Source: a virus
Lineage: Duplodnaviria > Heunggongvirae > Uroviricota > Caudoviricetes
Direction: 5' to 3' (one strand)
Virus record (IMG/VR): IMGVR_UViG_2690315815_000009
Length of the DNA stretch: 43,512 nucleotides
In this document: positions 37,300 through 43,512 of the stretch, piece by piece
Position numbering within the stretch: the stretch's first letter is position 1
Layout: the number at the start of each line of letters is the position of its first letter
The notes under the pieces: generated by a model
What the model saw: only the letters and a program-made list of their open reading frames with translations
Told to the model about the DNA's origin: nothing
The model's database searches: none
Position numbers and translations under genes: made by a program

Positions 37300-37728
37300 T
37301 TGTATCCTTACGGTATGAACACAAAAACGAAAAACATGGCTTTTGCTAGCCGACTACAACGGATTCTAAAAGACTTAGGCTGGTCTCAATCTGAGTTAGC
37401 TCGCCATATTGGGGTTACGGCTCAATCAGTTCAGGCATGGTGTAATGGGGTAACTCCAAGAAAAGATAAATTAGACAAGCTAGCAAAAGTGACCGGATAC
37501 CCTGTTCATTTTTTCTTCATGAATGAAGGGGAATATTTGGATGAATCCACACTACACCCGGGTAATTACAATCAAGAACTAACCCCGCAAGAACAGGCTC
37601 TACTGCAACTATTCAGAGGACTGCCTGAGAGCGAAAAAAATAAATTAATCAATGAGCTAAAAGAAAAAAGAGAGCACTTCGATCTACTGCTAAAAGAACT
37701 ACTTGAAGCCAAAAACCAGACAAAATAG
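37300..37728 (+). CDS. CI-like repressor (HTH, no obvious S24 peptidase domain)
   Basis: HTH pattern SQSELARHIGVTAQSVQAW; divergent from cro. Track start is TTG 37300; ATG starts at 37315 and 37336 are alternatives; a TACAAT -10-like hexamer at 37288 suggests a short or absent leader. Confidence 0.7.
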   Translation: MYPYGMNTKTKNMAFASRLQRILKDLGWSQSELARHIGVTAQSVQAWCNGVTPRKDKLDKLAKVTGYPVHFFFMNEGEYLDESTLHPGNYNQELTPQEQALLQLFRGLPESEKNKLINELKEKREHFDLLLKELLEAKNQTK

Positions 37729-37846
37729 TTCAGTTCAAATTTCCAGGCCAGCCGCTGCTGGCATGCAACTTTCCCCTAACACAAAAACACCTTTACACAG
37801 TGAATATTTTTTTGCCCCTCACTACAAATTATTTTTTAAAAACACA

Positions 37847-37876
37847 TTGACCATTACAAATACAAATTGTAAAGTC
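37847..37876 (+). promoter_or_regulatory. Candidate early-left promoter with overlapping operator (pL/oL-like)
   Basis: TTGACC (37847-37852), 17-bp spacer containing the operator TTACAAATACAAATTGTAA, then TAAAGT (37870-37875). Confidence 0.35.
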
Positions 37877-38272
37877 ACTTTCATCAACAACGCTTACCCA
37901 GCGGCAGTTGTTCAGAAACACGTTCTGACAGCCGGAAAGACGGCACCAAATTTTGCGCGTCGGCGCCAACACGGTGACAGAGGGAAAGACTTCACCGGCA
38001 TATGGCACATGTGTCGAAGCGGTCTGGATGGAAGCGGAGCCTTAACGCGTTGTCTCCATAGCAGGTAGCCGGAATGTGCAAGCCACAGCCAGGTATGAGC
38101 GATTGATTCACCATCAAGGCGATACGGTGTGACCACCAGGGAAGAGTCCTGGCTACAACACGAGAGCGCACTTCATCGACTCAACTTTGAGCTTTGTCGT
38201 TAAATTTTGAAATGGCGGAGTGCGCTCCCGGTTGTGGTGAACAGGTGTTTAACGGGAACTCCCTGCCCGTTA

Positions 38273-38298
38273 CCCGGTTCGATTCCGGGCGCCCATCA
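38273..38298 (+). other. tRNA-like 3' fragment (T-arm plus acceptor 3' strand), not a complete tRNA
   Basis: CCCGG-TTCGATT-CCGGG followed by CGCCCATCA; no matching 5' acceptor strand, D-arm or anticodon arm upstream. Confidence 0.3.
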
Positions 38299-38738
38299 TC
38301 AATTTGCTGTGTTTAGTCTTTGCCCAGTCCGCACGATGGGCCATTTTTTCACACAGCCAGGTTTTATCGCTGTGCCTGAGTCCCCAACAGGAGAGGCCAA
38401 ACCCGCAGCGTGACACCAGGGAAAGACCGGAGGAAGTACCACGCCTGACCAGCGTTGACCATGAGCCTGACCAGCTCAAAACAGGAAAGACCAGCCCGGG
38501 CCTGACCAGCCCTGTACGGTCGTAATGGAAACATAACGACGCCGGAAACGTAACCGGCACCCTTTAGATAGCAAAAGACCCGCACAAGGCGGGCCAGTTA
38601 CCCCGAACGGCGACCAAACCATTCGGATTTATCACAAGTGACCAAACTTGTGATGAGGAAAGACCAACGACACTGACGCTATGGAAGCTGATCAATATTC
38701 GCTGATCGGCTCTGAGTATACATTACCAAGGAGTCGCT

Positions 38739-39059
38739 ATGGAAGCGCGCACCATCCCAGTAACACTCTTTATTCATTATGCAACTTCAACTTTCAGCCA
38801 CGAAAAGCTGCTTGTTGCGACTGTTGATATGTCAAAAAATTTTCCAGACAGGTACATCCTTCTGGAAAGCCGCGAAATTGAAATTACCGTTAACCAGCCC
38901 GAGCCAATCGACATCATCGGTTTACAGGTCGAGCAACTGCGTGAACAAAAACAGAAAACAGTCGCCGACGCCCAACAGCGTATTGCTGCTATCGATGACA
39001 AAATCCAGCAGTTACTTTGCATCGAATACACGCCAGATACCGATGAGCTCCCCTACTAA
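38739..39059 (+). CDS. Hypothetical early-left protein
   Basis: 106-aa ORF with AAGGAG SD; first sizeable ORF of the early-left operon. Confidence 0.4.
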   Translation: MEARTIPVTLFIHYATSTFSHEKLLVATVDMSKNFPDRYILLESREIEITVNQPEPIDIIGLQVEQLREQKQKTVADAQQRIAAIDDKIQQLLCIEYTPDTDELPY

Positions 39060-39089
39060 AAACCACTGACCTGTAATGAGGAAAGACCA

Positions 39090-41306
39090 ATGACCATTTT
39101 TAACGGCTTGTTAGAAGCGAAAAAAGGCGCGCTCAAAAACGGCGCGATCCCGGCGCTGGCCATCGCCATCGCCGCCCCTAACAAAAAAGTTGCCGAGAAC
39201 ATCATCATCGGCAAATTGTGGGAAGCCTACCCTGACCACGGCGACAACTATTTCAAACCTAAAATCTGGGAAGATGCCCCGGGCCAACCGCGCCCAGGCG
39301 TCGGTGAGTTTGATGAGACGTTTGCCACAGAACACAGTTTTGATGGCGAAAAATGGGTAGTTAACACTCCTGTTGATTCAGATTGCAGTTCAGCAGATAT
39401 CTCACAGGTTAGCGACCTGATGAAACTGCCGGCTCGTGAACGATTCGCCGCCGTTCTGCTGTTCAGCCACGACGCCAACGAAGTCGACAGTGAATTGCTT
39501 GTGCAGACGCGTGAATACCTGGAGATGCTCGATAACAGTGATACTGACAGTGAGGATGAGGTTGACGCGTTTAACCGCATCGTTCTTGATGCCATGGTGG
39601 CGTGTAAGCCCATCGAGTACATGCATATTGCTGGATTGAATAATCTGGTACATGCAATTTTGGCAAGTTGCGATACCCAGGAACAAAACCCGACCAGTTG
39701 GACTATCTCCAAATTTATAAAAAAATGGGTAGAGAATCCCGGTAAACGAGATGAAATGCTGCCGGAGGTAAAACCAGAAACAGCATCCGCACGTCCTTAC
39801 AAACAGACTCACGCCACTCTGGATCGTGAAATTGCCTGCGCCCTGTTACCTGTTGCCCCGGAAAAAATCACCCCCAGCATCCTGAAAGCGGCAGACGAAA
39901 TAATCAGTCAGGACAGGGAAGATTTTAAACGCTGGTCAATGGCCTTGCGCACAACGGATCAGATCCTTGCCTATGACCGCGCATCAGTATTCGGTGTTAT
40001 TCAGAGCGCCCCCGCAAAAGACACGTACCACTTCCCACAATCCCTGCGCAGTCACATCGACAACTGGCTGCAAGCTAACGGGCAGCGTGATGCAAATGCT
40101 GTTGAAGAGAAGCCAAAGGAAGCAGCACCCAAGGATGATGTAAAAGTCACCAACCACGGCGGCGGACGATTCTCAATTGATGGGATGATGTCAGAAACAC
40201 CCTCAAATCAGGGCGAAAAAAGCGAAGCTGCAAATGCTGGAGAACGTAGTTTGCAGCAGTTGCGTGAGCAGTTTGTCACGCCTCGCCATGTGTATGACGT
40301 ACCTGAAAATAACGCCGTATCACAGAGGGAACCTGCAGCTATTACCCTGGCAGAAGAGACTCCTCCACAAGAACAACTTAGCGAGCAGGTAAAGGATCTG
40401 GTGCAGAACGTTGACGCGCTGGTTGAGCGGATCCATGCCGAAGAGCACAAGCGGCAGAATGCAATCTCAGCTATCGAAACGGAGTTAAAGGACTCAGATG
40501 ACACGGATAACCTGGCATTGTGGAAGAACGTATTCAAAACCGATGAGCGCTTCACCAGTGCTTTCTCTCAGAATGGCGGCGGCACATCCATCAACGGCAC
40601 TTATATAGCGATGAAAGCGACTCGCGAATTTGGGCCATTTGGTATTGGCTGGGGGGTAGAGGTGCTGGAGGAGCGCTTTGATAAAGGCGCACCAATAGTT
40701 CGCAAAAAACAGGTTGGTGAAAAAATAGAATGGGATCTGATTCAAGACGGTGTTGGCGGGTACCTATGTGAAATGCACCACACCATGAAAGTGAGAGTCT
40801 GGTACATATTGAATGGGGTACGCGGTGAGTCCGAGGCTTACGGATGCACACCTTATATCTACGACACTAAATACGGACCAACAAGCGACGGCGAAGCACC
40901 GAAGAAATCCTGGACGGATGCTGTTAAGAAAGCGCTATCCCCTCTCGGATTCAGCGCCGATATTTTCATGGGCCTGTACGACAATCCGGAATACCGCCAG
41001 AGGAATAAAGCTGAGTTTGATATCAAGAATGCCAGCGAGAATGCGGAAGATGCTACCCGTCTGCGTAAGGAACTGGATGAGAAGCTTATCAACGTTGCCA
41101 ATACGCTGGCCGCCGCGGTAACCGCCAACGAAGTAAACAAGGTATTTGGCCTCATCGCCCGCGAAGTGGATGTACACAGGAAAGCAGCGGAAACCAAAGG
41201 CGATAAAGAATATTCATCGTATCTGGGATCACGTCTGCGCCGTATCACCGACATTAAAACTGAACGCCTCGCCGCCCTTACCGCTGCACAGGAGCAAACA
41301 GCATGA
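39090..41306 (+). CDS. Large recombination protein with C-terminal Rad52/Erf-like single-strand annealing domain
   Basis: 738 aa; residues about 500-640 carry Rad52/Erf-like motifs (FGPFGIGWG...; ...SWTDAVKKALSPLGFSADIFMGLYD, compare Rad52 TDGLKRALRSFGNALGN); early-left position typical of phage recombination genes. Confidence 0.45.
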   Translation: MTIFNGLLEAKKGALKNGAIPALAIAIAAPNKKVAENIIIGKLWEAYPDHGDNYFKPKIWEDAPGQPRPGVGEFDETFATEHSFDGEKWVVNTPVDSDCSSADISQVSDLMKLPARERFAAVLLFSHDANEVDSELLVQTREYLEMLDNSDTDSEDEVDAFNRIVLDAMVACKPIEYMHIAGLNNLVHAILASCDTQEQNPTSWTISKFIKKWVENPGKRDEMLPEVKPETASARPYKQTHATLDREIACALLPVAPEKITPSILKAADEIISQDREDFKRWSMALRTTDQILAYDRASVFGVIQSAPAKDTYHFPQSLRSHIDNWLQANGQRDANAVEEKPKEAAPKDDVKVTNHGGGRFSIDGMMSETPSNQGEKSEAANAGERSLQQLREQFVTPRHVYDVPENNAVSQREPAAITLAEETPPQEQLSEQVKDLVQNVDALVERIHAEEHKRQNAISAIETELKDSDDTDNLALWKNVFKTDERFTSAFSQNGGGTSINGTYIAMKATREFGPFGIGWGVEVLEERFDKGAPIVRKKQVGEKIEWDLIQDGVGGYLCEMHHTMKVRVWYILNGVRGESEAYGCTPYIYDTKYGPTSDGEAPKKSWTDAVKKALSPLGFSADIFMGLYDNPEYRQRNKAEFDIKNASENAEDATRLRKELDEKLINVANTLAAAVTANEVNKVFGLIAREVDVHRKAAETKGDKEYSSYLGSRLRRITDIKTERLAALTAAQEQTA

Positions 41307-41872
41307 GCACTGCTATCGCTATTGCAAAAGAATATGCCAGTCTGATTGACCTGTTAGAAACCGCCGATGAACTGACGCCAGAGATGATCGCCGACACGCT
41401 TGAAGGCATGGAAGGAGAACTGGGAGACAAACTGGACGCCATGATGGTCATCTGCCGTAATTTACAGGGCAATGCCAATACCTGCGCTGAAGAAATGTCT
41501 CGCCTGGCAACCCGTAAGACGTCCTTTGAAGGCAAGGAAAAAGCAATTCGAAAGCATATGCTCACCTGCCTGCAAGCTGCTGGCCTGGATAAACTGAAAA
41601 CCGCAAAAAACACATTTACTGATGCACAGGGGGCTATCCGGGTAATTATCGATAGCAAAGATAAGATCCCGGATGAGTATGAGGGCGTGTCACTTGTTGA
41701 TGTAGAAACGGTTATTACACCAAACAAGCGAGCCATTAAAGAAGTGATTGAATCTGCGGAGGCGGTTGCCGCCGAAATACTGGCGCGTGGAGAAACACCA
41801 CCAGCCGAGTTATTAAACCCGGTACCAGGCGCACATCTGGAACGCGGCGAACGGTCACTGAGGATACGCTAA
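41303..41872 (+). CDS. Siphovirus Gp157-family protein
   Basis: 189 aa; pattern resembles the Gp157 family (IPDEYEGVSL, KRAIKEVIES, SLRIR); 4-nt overlap with the upstream gene. Confidence 0.55.
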   Translation: MSTAIAIAKEYASLIDLLETADELTPEMIADTLEGMEGELGDKLDAMMVICRNLQGNANTCAEEMSRLATRKTSFEGKEKAIRKHMLTCLQAAGLDKLKTAKNTFTDAQGAIRVIIDSKDKIPDEYEGVSLVDVETVITPNKRAIKEVIESAEAVAAEILARGETPPAELLNPVPGAHLERGERSLRIR

Positions 41873-42054
41873 TGCTTAAACTCACATTAAAGCGTGGTGA
41901 CGCGGTTCACCTGGTACTTGCCGATGGTACCAATGGCATTATTGAAGCACGGAGCCGCTGCGAACTTGGGCTACACCTGCCAGAAAACATTAAGGTCACT
42001 CGGGAGAAATCGGCATTCACCCCACAAGAACTGATTACGCCTAATCAGAAATAA
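41872..42054 (+). CDS. Small protein with CsrA-like sequence pattern (alternatively a Kil-type small early protein)
   Basis: 60 aa; gapless alignment to E. coli CsrA (from memory) preserves ML.LT...G at the N-terminus and LG..LP..[VI].V.RE around the CsrA Arg44 position. Confidence 0.3.
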   Translation: MLKLTLKRGDAVHLVLADGTNGIIEARSRCELGLHLPENIKVTREKSAFTPQELITPNQK

Positions 42055-42103
42055 AAACTCACCATCGCTAGCATTGCGATTCACCAGACACCGGAGGATC
42101 ACA

Positions 42104-42328
42104 ATGCTGCGATGGCAACCGGGAGCAACTCTGCTCTCCGCATTTGATATCAAAATTGGTCGACTGTCGGCCAGCGTCAGGAAACAGACTTTGACCGAGT
42201 CTGATATTGCCCGTGCCTGCCAGAAGGCAGATGACGCAATAAGCTACATAATGAGGAAAGACCATGAAAAGCGATCACGACATAATCACCAGAGAAGAAA
42301 TGGTCGAGCTGACGGGAAGCCCACTTAA
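42104..42328 (+). CDS. Hypothetical small early protein
   Basis: ORF from ATG 42104 with GGAGGA SD (the track extends upstream to 42074); its 3' end overlaps the excisionase-like gene. Confidence 0.3.
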   Translation: MLRWQPGATLLSAFDIKIGRLSASVRKQTLTESDIARACQKADDAISYIMRKDHEKRSRHNHQRRNGRADGKPT

Positions 42329-42527
42329 ATCAAAGCAATGTGAGGCTCTTCGCCGGGCTGGAATTTTCTTCATGGAAAGGGCTGACGGACACCCAAAAAC
42401 AACCTGGGGCCATTTCATGAACCCAATAAAATTTCGCAATTTACAGGAGGTGACGACGCGAAAAGATGATGAACCTGATTTTGGAGCAATATTTAATGGC
42501 CGGAAAGAGAAAGAACCCAGCAGATAA
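42264..42527 (+). CDS. Excisionase-like protein (DUF4224-type)
   Basis: 87 aa immediately upstream of the integrase; pattern ITREEMVELTG...KQCEALRRAGIFF...DGHPKTTWGH resembles DUF4224 Xis-like proteins. Confidence 0.5.
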   Translation: MKSDHDIITREEMVELTGSPLKSKQCEALRRAGIFFMERADGHPKTTWGHFMNPIKFRNLQEVTTRKDDEPDFGAIFNGRKEKEPSR

Positions 42528-43512
42528 CTGGATGCCGCCTCGTGTTTACCAGGGCAAAGCGGCCTACGAATTCAGGAATAAAGATAACAAAGCGATACGC
42601 CTGTGCGCATTGGATGCACCACGATCAGCCGTATGGCTGGCATATGAAAAAGCGGTCGGTGACGAAAAAGAAAGAAATACTTTTCAGGCGCTCACGGAAC
42701 AATTCATGACCTCCCCTGATTTTATGGATTTGGCAGTCGAAACCCGGAAAGACTACACAAAATATTCCGGAAAAGTTCTGCCTGTCTTCGGGAAGATCGA
42801 CCCGGATAAAATCAAACCTGAACATATTCGGCGCTATATGGATCAACGCGGTTTATCAAGCCGAACTCAGGCAAACAGGGAAAAAAGCTTTATGTCCCGG
42901 GTATTCCGTTGGGGTTATGAACGAGGTTATGTTCAGAGGAATCCTTGTCAGGGAGTTAAACAGTTTAAAGAGAAAGCTCGCGAACGTTATATTACGGATG
43001 AAGAATATCAGGCCGTTTATGAAGTGTCTCCTGATGTTGTTCGCGTAGCAATGGAGATTGCCTACTTATGCGTGGCCAGACAGAGTGATGTACTTTCATT
43101 GCAGAAAGACCAGCTGTTCGATTCCGGGATCTACATTCGTCAGGGAAAAACCGGCGTTAAGCAAATCAAAGCCTGGTCGCCTCGTCTGCAGAAAGCGATA
43201 GCTCTGGCTCGTTCTCTGCCATTAAAAACGGGAATCAGTAGCCTGTTTGTGATTCATCAAACTACCGGTGGCAAGTATACCCGTGATGGTTTTAACTCTC
43301 GTTGGCGTGATGTCAAAGCGGCAGCACAGGAAAAATATCCTCATCTGCAAATAGACTTCACATTTCATGATCTGAAAGCAAAAGGTATCTCTGATCTGGA
43401 AGGCAGCCTGGAAGAGAAGCAAGCAATTTCCGGGCATAAGAACCCGCGACAGACAGCAGCATATGACCGGAAAGTTAAAGTAGTGCCCGTAGTTGGTGGC
43501 CAGAGAAAATGA
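42496..43512 (+). CDS. int: Tyrosine site-specific integrase (lambda Int family)
   Basis: Start taken at ATG 42496 (MAGKRKNPADNWMPPRVY..., arm-binding-like N-terminus as in lambda Int); the ORF track begins at 42466. C-terminal catalytic region with HxLRH-like and terminal Tyr motifs; stop codon at the window edge. Confidence 0.85.
   Translation: MAGKRKNPADNWMPPRVYQGKAAYEFRNKDNKAIRLCALDAPRSAVWLAYEKAVGDEKERNTFQALTEQFMTSPDFMDLAVETRKDYTKYSGKVLPVFGKIDPDKIKPEHIRRYMDQRGLSSRTQANREKSFMSRVFRWGYERGYVQRNPCQGVKQFKEKARERYITDEEYQAVYEVSPDVVRVAMEIAYLCVARQSDVLSLQKDQLFDSGIYIRQGKTGVKQIKAWSPRLQKAIALARSLPLKTGISSLFVIHQTTGGKYTRDGFNSRWRDVKAAAQEKYPHLQIDFTFHDLKAKGISDLEGSLEEKQAISGHKNPRQTAAYDRKVKVVPVVGGQRK

Noticed and set aside
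38207-38298. Possible complete tRNA gene ending at the T-arm-like sequence
   Set aside because: Only the T-arm and 3' acceptor strand are recognisable; no complementary 5' acceptor strand, D-arm or anticodon arm could be folded from the upstream 70 nt.
37703-38585. Six overlapping ORFs (both strands) in the region after cI
   Set aside because: Mutually overlapping in several frames within a GC-rich, repeat-containing stretch downstream of the pL-like promoter; more consistent with a non-coding leader than with genes. Reported as a finding instead.
39111-41736. Several antisense or out-of-frame ORFs (Ser/Cys-rich) within the 738-aa recombination gene
   Set aside because: Low-complexity translations, no RBS, and full overlap with a long coherent ORF carrying recognisable motifs.
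1-43512. CRISPR arrays, rRNA genes or complete tRNA genes
   Set aside because: No regularly spaced direct repeats with unique spacers and no rRNA-like or complete tRNA-like sequence were seen in the window.

Overview
The window is almost entirely one lambdoid prophage (about 43 kb) whose late genes run on the minus strand and whose immunity, early-left and integration genes lie at the right. All calls rest on reading the six-frame translations and the DNA by eye; no database search was run, and hand-derived site coordinates may be off by a few nt. Left to right: (1) a P2/R-pyocin-type contractile tail module (D, X, U, tape measure, E, tube, sheath, fibre, I, J, W, V; 1-10305), with gene D apparently split by a frameshift; (2) a lambda-type head and packaging module (FI-like, E, D, C, B, W, terminase A, Nu1-like; 11516-19295) with a cos-like region; (3) a lysis cassette, a Q-like antiterminator and nin-region genes (19969-22975); (4) an accessory region (23244-31320) holding an ISL3-family insertion sequence that carries a ClbS/DfsB-like passenger gene, an ImmA/IrrE-type metallopeptidase co-transcribed with a membrane-anchored partner, a very AT-rich island with one membrane-anchored unknown protein and about 1.2 kb without ORFs, and a DUF1311-type lipoprotein; (5) a Rha-type antirepressor, small early genes, DnaB-like helicase, an O-like initiator with internal iterons, a YdaT/CII-like gene, cro and cI with TTACAA-N7-TTGTAA operators (31344-37728); (6) an early-left operon with an 850-nt repeat-rich leader, a large Rad52/Erf-like recombination protein, a Gp157-family protein, a small CsrA-like ORF, an excisionase-like gene and a tyrosine integrase ending at the window edge. 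No rRNA, complete tRNA or CRISPR array was seen. The best candidates for something undescribed are the ImmA/IrrE plus membrane-protein pair, the AT-rich island, and the early-left leader with its repeated motifs and CsrA-like ORF.
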